From Phoronis australis (lineage: Eukaryota; Animalia; Phoronida), in contig NMRA01000194.1 in NCBI GenBank assembly GCA_002633005.1, positions 437,074-501,073 on the forward strand: 64,000 nt of DNA, written 5' to 3'. This document shows positions 50,677 to 64,000 of this stretch, in pieces (the stretch's first letter is position 1; each line of letters begins with the position of its first letter). The translations under genes and the position numbers were made by a program. The notes under the pieces were generated by a model, which did not search any database, was not told the origin of the DNA, and saw only the letters and a program-made list of their open reading frames with translations.

Positions 50677-51772
50677 GTAAGTATCTGCATTATTATATTT
50701 GACTACGCAGTGTCTCCCCTGCGTATAAAAAACTTGTCCCCTATTAAACATAATCATTTTGTTCGCTTAGTGACCAGGCAACGACCTTGACACAAGTTTT
50801 CTAAAATGGTGAAGTATAATGCACACTGGCGAAATGGGTGAAGAAATGGAAAATTTATTCATTTTAGTGTGTTCACATTTACATATTAAAGAGGTTGTGC
50901 AACAATGTGAATTGTCAATAGTTTAATGAACTATAGAGGAGCCTAGTCATGTCAATAGTGGCCTTCATTGAATTGATGAAGAAACTGTCTGCTATGCCAG
51001 CTAACGCCTATTCAATTGATTTACGTTGAGCAAGAATATAATTAATGATATTAATGGAAGTTTCATTATACAAGTTAGTTAATCACGTCTGAACAGGCTC
51101 ATTTTTTCGTCCTATGTACGTGCCTAGAGCCTTAGAATTCAATTTAAATGAGTAGCCTGAATCTCTGTCCTGTTGTGTCCACTTCCTAACGCAACTTTAA
51201 TTGATGATACAAATTCTTCATACACTGAAATCATACAATGACATTTCATTGCGGGGTCACGATCCACATTTGCCGCGACCATTCATCACCACACTACTTT
51301 CGAAGCCCAGGCAATGGGGGGATCCCCCTTTCCATACATCACGTGCGACAACGGACTGTGCATCCCACTGGAGACTCATTCATCGCCATGCTCCTTTCGA
51401 AACTCAGGGGAAACACTGCTACGGTTACTACTGTTATGGCAATACAGTAAAGCTTGCATAAGCTGCACATGCATCAATTGTATTTCCACTTAACTGGGTC
51501 AAAGTTCAACATTATGGATGTTCTACGTCATGCACGCAACCTTTCAGTTGAGTGCGATTTCGCTTTGCTCAAATAAAATCTGTCAGTGCGACTGTATCTG
51601 ACTTAAGCAAGTTTGATTGTATGAGTTTGACTTTTGTTGTTATCTAGACTATGTGAGTATCCGTAGTGTGTGATTTAGTCAATGGCTCTTTCCACCCTCA
51701 ATCTTAGAAAATAGCATGGGCAGAGTGCTGTTGCTTACACAATGTAGCTGGATATGACAGCTCAAATTGGTA

Positions 51773-52534
51773 ATTTTTGCGTGCCCACATATTTATATGT
51801 GGGCGCATATTGCCGTCATCTCTTTCTGGGCGTCCAGGCATCCGGCATCCTCGGATGTATCTCCCCTTGAAGTATCTTATTGGGATTTGACAGGTGTACT
51901 CATATGGGGCTGACAACAGAACACGACAAGTTTTGGACCGACTTGAATACCACTGTGCCCCCTAGTGGCAATTTTAGTTTTTTTACGTTTATTTCTGTAT
52001 CTTCAAAGGTCCTCAACGGATTTTCATGAAATGTGCCAGATAGGCATCTGTTAATGAGCTGATGCTATCCACCCATTTTGGATGGATCCGAGGTATTTTG
52101 CGCCATTTAGTGGCTATTTTTACTGTTTTCGAGTCTATTGGCGTCTGCCCCTCTATCAACTAAACCACTCTAAGGATGGTTGTGAAAATTGACCTATATG
52201 TTCTTAGGTTGACAATGATTTTCCGACACTTCAACTACTTTGGCGCCTCCTAGTGGCAGTTTTTTGTTTTTTGCGCCCATATCTGTATCGAACGCTGTGT
52301 CCCCTAGTGGCAATTTCATTTTTTTCAGTTTTCTTCTGTTTCTCTGAAGTTCCTTGATTGATTTTTTGAAATTTGGTCAATAGCTTTCTATTAAAGAAGC
52401 AATGACGTGTTCCTGTTTTTTGGATGGATTTGACTTATTTTGCGCCATCTAGTGGCCATTTTTATGACACAAATAAACACCATTAGATGCACAAAATTTT
52501 GTGAGCGCATTTCAATGCTCCACGTTGCTCTTGT
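51773..52534. mobile_element. Helentron/HINE-like non-autonomous repeat, copy 2
   Basis: T-rich start, perfect hairpin gcccacatat-tt-atatgtgggc, a (c/a)tcc-type short repeat, internal subrepeats, and end gcgcatttcaatgctccacgttgctcttg. Confidence 0.65.
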
Positions 52535-54399
52535 TTTAAATGGGCATATCATAACTACTTCATTTGGCCAATTTGGTCAAGTGGCGCGATTTCAAATTAC
52601 TGCAACAATCACTGTGTGCACAACTTGAAATCTTTGAGTAGCGATGCATACTTCGCATGGGCGTCACCTAGTTCATACTGTTTTGTAAGACATAGCTTCG
52701 TCATTTAGGAATTATTTTCATTACAGTTGATTAGATTTTTGTCATCATATCGATCTCTGTTTCTCAGCTGTTTAATGAAAGTGGTTTTGATTATATGGAA
52801 TTTCACTGAAGGAACGTTTCCAGGAACTAACATTTTATTCAACGTAATCTAGTTATCTTGAGCCCACCTTTTGCCGAACCTGGCAAAAACCATAGCAGTA
52901 ACATCTCACTCACGTGTAGTCGAGGTGCTATAGTTTATCAGCAGGGAGCCCAAGTGATGTTATCTGCTAATTAGTCTGTTCACCTGCAGGGGATGCTCTG
53001 CATAGCACTGTTTGATTACCTGTAGATGCCTGCCGGTGTTCACTGGTTGAGTTAGAGCACCTGTTAAATGAGATGTTAAGGTAGACAAGCTGTCTTCAGG
53101 GGTAGGAAACAACCGTGAGATTGATGTATGGAAGCTCACAGCTCGGGCATTCTGTCGGGAGGGGGAAAGGGGTTGGGAATAACCATGAGCTTGGTATTTA
53201 TATTTGCAGCTGTCATTTGTCAGAATAGGGCCAGATTTCTGACAGACAAGGCCCACAATTTTACAAAACATTCTCAGATAATAGCTGTGGTACAGCTGAA
53301 CTAGAACATTGAAAAACATTAATTAGGTATTATCTTTCATGAAGAAAATTAAACTTATCTTGTTAGACATATTTTGTCCCAAATTTTTGAAGTGTTACAA
53401 TACTCTGTGATCATGCACTTTAAAATGAGAGGGTAAGTGAAGTTAATTTTTGTATGCCTTGAGCCTTGAGTGTGGCATGGCATTTGAGTTGTGGTCAACT
53501 TCATTACAAGGTGCCAATGAGAGTAGAAGGTCACTTGGGACTGTCTTTTAACTAGATTGTATTCAACAGAATTTGTTGTTCTTGGGTGTTGAGAGCATAT
53601 GTAAAGTGCTGGTTGCAATTGTTGTGAGGGTGCTGGGTGTCTGGCTACGTCATTTCTGGTGTGTCTAAAATACTTTCTGGAGAGTCCATCTGCCGTAATG
53701 AGGGAAAAATAGGGACAATCTAACTATGGGTCAATTGACCCTAAGGCTCTGAAATCTACAGTCCAGTTTTTTGGGACCTATGGATCGCGCTAAAGTTGTT
53801 GTTTTGATCCACTACTCTGCGTTGTAGTTGCATTAGATTCTGTTAGCAGTGCGTATTCTTCAAGACAAAACTGGACAAAATTGTATCAGACATGAGTCTG
53901 TTGTGCTGGTTGGCCCAAGTTACATGCTCAGTCATGGTGCATCAATGCAACTGCAGTATGTTAAAGTTAAGGAGCATTAAATATCCATGTTTGGCTTGGG
54001 CGGAATGTCTTGTCTGAGAAATACCTACTACAACCATCATGTTCCTGCAGTTGTCAAGTCTGTTGAAATGAACAGTTTCAACTAGCAACAGTTAAAAACC
54101 TCTAGCAGTACCATCAGCATTATATTTCACATACTGAAGTTGTAAGTCACATTCATGCCGTAATAAAATCTGTTTTTATTGTTCAATTCAGTCAATATCG
54201 GTACAGCTTATGTCTTTGGTCAACACTTCTGTAAAATGGTGTCTGAGCTGAGATGTTTGTACCACACTCATATCAGTTCACGCCCATGTTTGTCTAATTC
54301 CGTGCCCACCAATTTTCAGAATTATATCACGTTTAACCATCAGTTTTCTGTCATATGCCCTTACGAGCACGGTACATTTGCCATCTGTTCTTATTACAG

Positions 54400-54472
54400 G
54401 CTCACAGTAGCGTCCAGTTACAAATAGCTGCTACCTATTGTGTGGGCAACTTGACCACAACTGAAGAAGACG
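54400..54472 (+). CDS. ARMC8: ARMC8 internal coding exon (AHSSVQLQIAATYCVGNLTTTEED)
   Basis: ttattacAG acceptor and GTAAGG donor. 73 nt, phase 1 out. Corresponds to ARMC8 HSHVKLQLAAMFCISNL..NEEEG. Confidence 0.92.
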
Positions 54473-56751
54473 GTAAGGTTATATGATTTGAAGAAAAAGA
54501 AAATTTTTGTGTGCTATTAAAAATACCATGTAAAATCATGATATCTGCTCTCTGTTCTTAAACACAATGGCATTCAGTCTCTCACAACTGCTTCTTTGCC
54601 ATTGTGTTGGCCCCAGTGATCATGTATTCCTGTGCACAGAAGTTTCAAGATGTCTAAAAAACTGGACATTTTTTTTTAGAAAATGGGATGCAGATGGGCT
54701 CCCATTTCACAAACGTTGCCTGAAAACACCAATGGTATCGTGTCGTTTTCATGACAAATTTTGAGCAATACCGTCAATGCCAATAGTCAAATTCACTTAA
54801 AACTACCGAAAGATAAGTTTTGTGGAAATAATCTTTGCGTTTCCCAGCTGTAAAGCAGAGGGCCATGTCCATGTTCTTATTTGATTTCATCATTTCATGA
54901 AAATCCGCAGTGTGTTACTTAAAGTACAGATTTCACCCAAATTACTATAATCTTCTAGATTACTGCCCTAATGTGGTGAAAGACTAACCCCTGAATTTTC
55001 AAGTTTCTCTTAAGATTTAAAGATAGGAAAGTTATTGTTCACAAATTTGATGTTGGATGAATACCTTACTATTTAATTGTGTTATCTAATCTTATTTACC
55101 CTCTAAACATATCTAACTGACAGTACAGTAAAAATATTCTGTTTAGGACACAATGTCACGGACAAATAGAATGTCAAAATTTCAACAGAAGTCACTTATA
55201 CAGAAATTTCAGTTCCAATTTAGTATGGTTTTTATAATACAGTTGTCATTCATTACATGATAATTACGTTTAGTCTCAATTGGATTTGTTTCCAGGCCTT
55301 GGAAATCTTGCCTCAGCTTTAAACTCAAGTGTCTGAAATTCAAACCGCTCAGCGGTAGGAATTAAAAACTGCTTTCTCAGACTAAATCCAATTTTCCACT
55401 AATTAGCCTTGAGAAGGTGATATTGGGCTGTGAATATTAGGAACAGCCTGTGTAAACATAAATTTTACTCAAAACACCTCTGGAAACTAATATTTCTTCC
55501 CTCATTGGAGCTTACTGACTTTGTCTAATAGAGATTGGTAGCTAACTGGTTCCTGTGGAAAAAGCACAATTTGAAGACTTTTTGCTGTACCTGTCCTAAG
55601 TGCCCACCTGTTCTTTCAGTTACCGCTTTCCTGGATTCAACTCTGCTCTTTTGTAGGGTAAAAAAGGCATTGTATAATTGAACTAGTTTTGGAATGGTAG
55701 TAGGGCAGCTAATACACTCTGAGTCATGCTCATTGGGTACGAAGTTCATCCATTACTTTTTGACATCATCATAGACCCTATTCACGCCGACAGGAGGCGC
55801 GTTCCAAAACGAGGCTCGCTACGATAGCTCTGTTAGCTTATCGGCATTGGAGTCTGTGTTTCAGTCCGTGTTGTTCCCCGAACGGCTAGAAAAAATACGG
55901 ACACGCTTCACAATCTCTAAAGACGTTTAGATTCGGAAGCGTTGGGTCGTTGCCATACGCCGACGAAGCAAAATATGTCCGTGTAAAATAAATGTTTTCG
56001 AAAAGTTAGATCATATTTTGTNTCACGGTACATGATCTCTATTAACAATAAACACAGCTTACATATCACAAAGGTTTCTTAGCGCGTGCGTGTGACAATA
56101 ACGTATAACATTTCGCCTTGGTGACTAAGCCAAACTTCACTCTGAGTTTTAGTGCAGTGAAAGCAGGATGCAGTGAAAATGTTCAATCATTCTGGCTTTC
56201 AAGTAAGATAGATACGAGTTGTTCTCATAGTGTGTTGCTTGTATGTCTAAAAGGATTTAAAATTCGCCAAAGTTTCGTTTGAATATGGCACGTAATGAAG
56301 TGGTGAATTGTGGCAGTGGAGGAAAGAAATTTAATCTTCATATGCTTGTATTGTTTTAGGCTATTCATAAACAGTTTCAATTCCTTAAAATTTCATTAGA
56401 AAAGACGAAGGTCCGATTTGGCAGCAAAAATATTTCTGAATCTCTACTTATATATACTTTATAATGTTGTAGGGAAAATGACGGATATTGTATCAAAATA
56501 GCGTGCTCTGAGTTGAGTTGGGCACTGAAGTGAATGAATATTTTATCACACGTCACTTGGCTTTTTATGATATGTGTATCACAACTGGATTCACATTACA
56601 GTAAAACTTTTTTGGCATAGAAATGACTTATGCCAAACAAATCATTGTAAAATAGTGATTACCATGGCAGACATCTGTAGTACATGTGCTCTACACACCC
56701 GCATCATCGTGGTAAATACCACAGTTATAAAGGAAGCTGTGGTTCCCCGGG

Positions 56752-56850
56752 AGGTGACTGTTGCTGTGGAGTTTTCTGTTGCATGGGAGATAATGCCCAG
56801 GTGACTGTTGCTGTGGAGTTTTCTGTTGCATGGGAGATAATGCCCAGGTG
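56752..56850. repeat. Perfect 47-bp tandem duplication
   Basis: aggtgactgttgctgtggagttttctgttgcatgggagataatgccc occurs twice, followed by aggtg. Confidence 0.95.
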
Positions 56851-57806
56851 TAATCAAACAACAGTTCAGCTATTAAGTGAAATTTTGTTTGTCTAGCATC
56901 TTCAGACCTTTTGACTCAGTTTACATGGTTTGCAATTTTGTACAAACTTGGAAGAATCGCTTCCAAACATTATTTGGTTTAATTTTGTTTACGGTAAAAT
57001 AGTGCCAATTTGGGACACAACATGGTGGACAGGGAAATTTTATTTTCTTGTTTTTTCATAATTGATATATAGTACCAGAATAATGCATTGCCGTGTGCTA
57101 TAGCTAACATATCAACAGGCAATATTGTAGCCTTTGAAAAATGAAAAAATGACATTTTAATTAGCAATTGTTTTTCTGAATTTTGTCAGGTTTTGTCAAA
57201 AATATGTCCGTTGTGTCATCTGCCATACAACTATCGTTATCTATTTTATACACAATACTGAGCATGGTGAAAATCCTAAAATTTGGGACAAAAATAATTA
57301 AATTTAAATTTGAAGGAGTTTGTATTTGAAAATTGGTAATGTCACTATCCAGTGAGGCTTGCATTATAACTGCAAGTGCTCAAATATATCACATGTTGTT
57401 AATCATGCCCACAAAATAAACTTTGCTTAATAGTAATTTATATTGAGAAACTTGAGAAAAAAAATATGCTTCATCTTACAATAACTTTTCACTTATGTCG
57501 CACAAAAATATTTACCAAAATTGTCATTTTCTACATTTCATAGGCTGATTATTTTTTTAAAAATTGTGAAAACTCCACCAAATGTTGTTTTGTGACATCT
57601 ACACAGTACAAACTATGCTAGTAATAGATTAGAATTTTCTGACTCTTCATTTTTGTAAAGAACATTCGTAAAATAGTATTTCACTTGTCCGTCACATTGT
57701 GAGCTAAATAAGTAAAGATTTACTGTATTCACTGTATTGTGTCCTGAACTGATGAATTTTTGCCCAATGGTTGCACTTGATGATCACACTACCATCGATA
57801 TTCCAG

Positions 57807-57900
57807 GTGCGTTGGACCGGCAGGCTAGACTTCGTGAGATGGGATTTCAACGTCGACTGCAGCAGTTATTAAATACTAACGACAGCACGCTGTTTGATAA
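57807..57900 (+). CDS. ARMC8: ARMC8 penultimate coding exon (GALDRQARLREMGFQRRLQQLLNTNDSTLFDK)
   Basis: ttccAG acceptor and GTGAGT donor. 94 nt, phase 1 in and phase 2 out. Corresponds to ARMC8 ERQDKLRDMG...DSNLCDK. The terminal exon was not located in the window. Confidence 0.92.
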
Positions 57901-59630
57901 GTGAGTTAATTCTCTGGTTTGTCATGGTCTCTGAACTTAAACTGTATGACCTGATTACCAATGTGTTAAAATTTTGGTGTTGCTCTTTCAAACTAATCTG
58001 CAATGTCAATTTAACGTGGTGGTTACACCAGTTGTCAGAATTCATAGAAAGTGGGATAGAATGACATCTTACGTAATTTGCTGGAAAAGTATGTCGCTCG
58101 CCCTCCATTTGTTGACAATGACTCAAGCAGCAGGAACAAAAGGACATGACAGTCTTTTGGTAAAATTTTGTTTGAAAATCAATTAAATTTGCCCAGTCTT
58201 GGGGAAGTTGCAGTTAACCAACTTTTCCAACTCCGGAAGAAAGAGTTGTTAAATATGAATAACATATTCACGTTACAGTTCATACCAATTGCCTGTTGTT
58301 CCAGGTTGTTCTTGTTCTTTGGAAAAAATGAAAACCAAAATCTAATTAATAGGCATTGTTCATTGATAAAATTGGTCTCGTGAAGCTCCATACGGTGAGT
58401 GATAAGATTCCATAGTTGTTACTAAGTCACAGGCATTGCGTACATTCGCTATTTTCAAATTCGCAATTTTAGAGTTGGCCAAACACCATATAATGATAAT
58501 TTCCTGTTGTAAAGCGCCATCTGTTGTCCATTCCCAGAGTGAACACAGTGCTGCAGCAGTTTTCCTGACTAGGCCCCCTGTGGAGACTGGAGCGCCACCT
58601 GTGACAGTCCGTGCCTCACAACTATACCTTGACCACCTATTGTTTGGAAGATGGTAAATACTGCGGACACCGGCACCTCGTGCTTGTCTAGTCGAGTCAA
58701 TGATGCATGCCAGGTCCTAGTGCCATCTTGTGACAAGGAGGAAGTAAAAATACAATGTTAGCCTTGTGCGAAGTCACAGTCCCAATGCACTGCCCTCTGT
58801 AAGCTTTCTTTGTCGAAAATTGTTGGATTAGATCTCCTGCTGTTATGAAATTGTCTTCAACTGCCTTTGTTAATACTCCTATGAGAGTGTATTCCTGAGC
58901 TGAATATCTAACTCAGGCTTATCATTTTGTACACTGAGAGCAATAACTGGAAATCGGCTGGTTCCGTGACCAAAGGATTGACAGAATTTCTAGTGCTGCA
59001 TTGGGACTTAAATAATAATTAGGCTATTTAAGTGCTGATGATTTCCTCAGAGGTGGCATTACATAATTTTCTATCTCGGAATCGTATGGCAACTAGGGAA
59101 AGCTGCTACTTATAGCTGTCATTCTTATATCAATTTATGAGCTATTTTGTTATTGGTATATTTGCCAGTGTATAGGTTAAGCTTGTGTGGAAAATACTTT
59201 TGTCAAAGATATCAAAAAATAATGTTTCTTGTATTTATGCAAAATTATACATCACTTTTCTTGTAAAATTTGCTCACAAAATACGCTGCATTTATAAACT
59301 GCTCCTTGAATGGTGTTACTGATTGATATGTGGAGTTATATTACTTGTTTTTCTCTTTGCCTGTAAACATATATGTTGTAAAGTGATACTTGAGTGCTGC
59401 GACCTGAGCTGAGTCTTCTTCTCCAAACTCAAACTCTACTTGGACTCGAAAATCAACCAATCACGCTGCACGATTAGAGTACAAATTTGGAAGTTCACTT
59501 GAAGCCATGCGATAGCCATTTTATGATATAGCCGTGTCACGATGAATTACGTCTTAGATGGCAGTAGTGTAGTTGGTGAACAACGTTCTTCATTCTTATA
59601 TAGAGATTTAATATAAAGGATTTCCCAGCA

Positions 59631-60789
59631 TTTTTATGCGCCTACATAATAATTGCTGTCATCTCTGTGTGGGTGTCCGGCGTCCGCAGCTGTATCTCCT
59701 AAATCCATCACAGGATTTTGATGAGATATGGCAGATGTGTTCCTATGAAGCTGACGACGGATGATGACAAATATCGGACCTCTCCAACTACCGGTGTGCC
59801 CCCTAGTGGCAATTTTAATTTTAATTTTAAATTTGGAGGTCCTGAACAGATTTTCATAAGATTTAGCAGTTAGACATCTGTTAGTGAGATGATGCCATCC
59901 TCCCGTTTTCGGACGAATTCGGAGTACTTTGAGCCACCTAGTGGCCATTTTTGCTGTTTTCGAGTCCGTTTTTTTTTGGCGTCCTCTGTTCTATCAACCA
60001 AACCGCTGTAGGGATGATTTTGAAAATTGACATATATTATGTTCTTAATGTGAAGAGGGCGATGACATGGAATACTATGGTATCTCCTAGTGGCAGTTTT
60101 GTTTGTTTTTGCACCCATGGCTGTATCTCCTAAATGCTCTGCAGGTTCTTTATTGAATTTTGCTGGTGTATTTATTTGAAGTTGACAACAGAGCATGACG
60201 ACTTTCGGACAGATCGGGCCACCGTTGTGCTCCCCAGTGGCAATTTCAGTTTTTTACGTTTACCTCTGTATTTTCAAAGGTCGTCAATGGATTTTCATAA
60301 AATTTGGCAGTTAGACATCTATTAGTGAGGTGACGCTATCATCCGGTTTTCGGTAAAATTCAAGGCATTTTACGCCACCCTGTGGCCATTTTTACTGTTT
60401 TCGAGTCTTGTTATTTGGCGTCTACTCCTCTGTCAACCAAACCACTCAAAGGATGGTTGTGAAAATTTGTATTTCTGTTCCTAATGGGAAGAGGAAGTCT
60501 GATGATGATTTTCGGACGGCTTTATCTACTTTTGCGCCTCTTAGTGGCAGTTATGATTTTATGCTTATAGCCTTTTTGTGGCAATTTCATTTTTTCACTT
60601 TCCTCTGGTTTCTCAAAAGTTCCTATGAAATTTGGTTAATAGCTTCGATGACACATACAAGTTCTCGAATGGATTAGACATATTTTGCGTCATCTTGTTG
60701 CCATTTTTATGTTCCAAATAAACACCCCTAGAAGCACACCATTAGCGGTGCATTTGTGGGCGCATTTCAACACTCCGCATTGCTCTTGT
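59631..60789. mobile_element. Helentron/HINE-like non-autonomous repeat, copy 3 (longest)
   Basis: Starts tttttatgcgcctacata. Internal ~145-bp subrepeats each end in a ..ctagtggc-like motif. End gcgcatttcaacactccgcattgctcttg is shared with copy 2. Confidence 0.65.
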
Positions 60790-63700
60790 CTATAAATTCT
60801 TTGCAACCATTATACTTTTGTGCGGTGAGAATTTCAAAATGATTTACACAAAAATGTCCAACATCTCAAAATGTCCGTGAATAAGATTGCAAATCACCCC
60901 TGCCAACTCGCTTGTCTTGCACAGCAGAATTAAAAATTGGGTCAAGGGAAAGATGCTTTTTTGCTCTCATAAAGATAGAGTTATATGTCGGTCGTTGCCT
61001 ATTGGTCAGTTTTTGATTTTGTTTAGTGCATAGATAACTACCTCCCAGGCCCAGGAGTTTGTTTCATGACAAACGGCTTGAGACCAATGTCAAAACATTG
61101 ATTTAACTCTCACATTTGCAGTAATTGAATGATGTTTTTGCAGTGTAGTTGGCGCAGCACAGTTGAGCAAACGGTAAAATTATACAAATTATCTATAGTG
61201 AATAATGAGCAGTTTTGGATACAATTCACAAACAATTTGTGCTTTGCCGATTTGCGATTAAATTATCTTTTGTAAATATTGTTTTGAACATCAAACAAAA
61301 TTTCTGGCATTCATGAAACCGACTCCAGGGCCTAAGGTTTCGAATATTACTTAAGACCGGCCTCAATAATTGTCCAGTCACAGTTTTCTGGAAGCGTGCC
61401 ACGTGATTGGTTAATTTTGTTGTCTCTGGTCAGCTGCTTTGTTTTTCTGTTCAAGCTGGTAGTGGTGAAACAGAAATGTGAAACTGTATGACATTATTAT
61501 TAGAAGTATAATGCGCATTGGAATGCGTATATAATGCGTTGTGAAGAAATCTGTGATATTAGATTTAGAAATGATGGCTTTTTTTGGGTGTTTTTCCTGT
61601 AGCGGCAACAGATACAAGTTATGCTATTCAGTCGCAGCGAATAAACAGCTAAGTGGAGACACCTTAAAAATTCCACTTACAGATTTATGTTGAGCTACAA
61701 GACTATGGTTGTCAATTATAAAAGTGTTTGCCTACATGCAGTATGAATATTTTGGAAATCTCTGTTAAGATAAGGCAAACATAGCGTTGAAATTTATAAA
61801 ATGACTTTAAAACATGACTGCCTTTCAATTAAAGAGTCATTGGATATTCCAACTGGAGAAAGAAATTTGTGGTCTACCAGTAGTCTCTGTTTCACTTAGT
61901 ACTCTGGGGGGTGTTTTGGGACTATTGTGTGTTCTAATGGGCGATATCTGTGCTGGTCAATGCAATCAGAAGTAAGTTGATGGCTACCTATGGTGGAGCG
62001 GGGGGGGGGTCCTGTTAGATGAAAGTGACTTAAAGATGTACATTTATGCTCTTACCTGTGCTAATGTATAGCAGAAACTAAACAACATTGCTATTTAATC
62101 TGCGCTGAACAAAGTGCAGTTGTATTCATTGACAACTCATGAGTGAGAAACTTCTGCAAGTAGGTGACCTTTGCACTAGTGACGTACTTTGTGGGTTCAC
62201 ATAGCCCACATCATGCATTGTTATTCCTTAACACCATGTCACAATACTTACTGGATACGGTTTAGTGATTTTCGGTGGATCATTTTCGCCACAGAACTTG
62301 TTCTTAAAAACATTTGGCAATTTTTAACCTGCTTCATATTCACATGGGTGCTATACCTTGTGTTCCTAACTAATTTGGCCAAGCAATCACAGACTTTGAG
62401 GAATTAGCCTGCAAGTTCCACATTTAAGACATAAATTTGGTCTTGCCTCTTACTTCACAATTACTGAATTACGAGTGCTTCAGAATGTGGAAATAACAGA
62501 AATTATCTTAGTATCTTGCAGTTATGTGTATATTCTCAGAGACTGCACTTTTGCTCATGTGAGATTTTTTAGAAATTAGTTATGTGGAGCGTTGGACAAA
62601 ATTTCTGTCTCAAGTCTTGCAGTAGTCACTTTCCTTGAAAGAGAACCCTGATACAGTGCTACACTGACTCCACAAATTACATGTACTTACATCTTTGGCT
62701 TTTGTCACTTTTCAACCAACACCGCAATTCCGTTAACTCCACTCCATGGGAGTAGTGATAAGTCCCAACATGCCAGGCACATACTTTAATGGGAAGTGCA
62801 AGTCAAACACGCCATCTGTTGCTTAAACCGGAGAATTAACGGTTTAGTGGTGAATGTTGCTAGCAGAGAGGAGCTAGTTAGGAAGCCAAAGAGAGCTGTG
62901 ACAGATTTTTCGATAGACCTGAGTTTCGTTGTTGGGAAAGCTACGTTTGTGAAAACCGTCTTGCAGCCTTGTATTGTGCAACTGACGACTTGTGGATTAA
63001 TGAATATTCTAAATGACATCTATATGAAATTGTTAATATTGTAAATGAATGACATCTACTTTAAAATGTTAAATAAAATTGTTGCTAATAGCTTCGAATT
63101 TTATTCAGAAATTCAGCAACACTATTTTGCACGGAGATGTCTTGTTATTGTTGCACCAAGAAGTTTCAGCAATCTTTTAGTTATCTTTCATTTCGATCTC
63201 ACAGATGGCACCACCGTCTTCGTCACACTCGTTGTCATTCCATAGCCAGTTGCTCTTTCTTCTTAGCTCAACACAGGAGTCATCCTGAAATTGGACAAAT
63301 GATCAAATCTTAATGGGGGTAATAAACCAGAAATTTTTGTCGGAAAATGATACTACGTCTGGCAGAAACTGGCAGGTACTTACTGATTTCATGTGATCAG
63401 GTTTAAGTTGTTTATCCGCGCGTGGCGGGTTAGTTTCAGCCACCAAGGCAGCGTGGCCTTCAGCGGAATTCCGGGCCGTTTATTATTACCAGGTTTTTTT
63501 TCAAACATAGGATAAGAACATTATGACCTTGCTCTTTGGTAATCAAATACGAACATTGATGTTATTAGCCGACACCAAACTGTTTCATCGGGTTTGGCAA
63601 CTCCTTGGTTTGACTCGACTAACCACCGGTTAAATTTTGGAGCAACACTGGATTTGGTAGAAGCAGTTATTATTTTTACTATATATGAATTGTTCATTGT

Positions 63701-64000
63701 TATAAAGTGACAGGTCCTTTCGTGTGATAGCTCGTGACAATCGAAAGTGACCCGTCATTGAATCTAAACGCTCTTCTCAAAATATTGAGTCGGATATGAC
63801 TGCTTTGGAAAATTGTGACTCCAATTTGAACAAAGTTTGGCCGTGTTCGGAAACCTTTAGCATTTTAAAAATGTAATAAGCTTTTTCAAGCATTTTTGAC
63901 GATTATTTTGCGCGAAATTGAACAGATGTTACTGGAGGTGCATACCCCTTTGTTGGCTGGACTGCGACTGTCCCAAGCTGTGAAGTTGGCCAACTCTCCC

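Noticed and set aside
51240-51430. Peptides resembling LDLRA (CDNGLCIP) or THAP (ICRDHS) motifs
   Set aside because: Only a few residues match. The remaining conserved positions and splice sites are missing.
57901-64000. Search for the short terminal ARMC8 exon (expected K-x-K-x-ALQQ-like)
   Set aside because: No convincing acceptor plus matching peptide was found by eye. It probably lies beyond the window.

Overview
AT-rich, intron-rich animal genomic DNA. The organism is probably a marine invertebrate; that is inference, and the species cannot be named from sequence alone. The + strand carries 12 distinct internal coding exons of an ARMC8/GID5 orthologue (CTLH/GID E3 ligase subunit) between 1714 and 57900. 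All have GT-AG boundaries and matching phases. The first exons and the short last exon were not found in the window. A 37.7-kb ARMC8 intron (8030-45709) hosts an antisense nested gene. I reconstruct it as two coding exons (22253-22069 and 16105-15109) giving a ~393-aa protein with clustered R-R/K-x-S motifs, about 6-7 ankyrin repeats and a polybasic + CaaX (CIIL) tail. The introns also hold a decayed Ty3/Gypsy gag-protease relic, several MITEs, a tRNA-derived SINE head, a 28-bp minisatellite and a Helentron/HINE-like repeat family rich in CTCF-like motifs. There are seven single-'n' scaffold joins. Five are flanked by near-identical duplications, most likely both haplotypes assembled in tandem, and one of these duplicates an ARMC8 exon. 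These pairs expose allele-specific inserts, including a USP His-box fragment and a TATA-exon-donor cassette.
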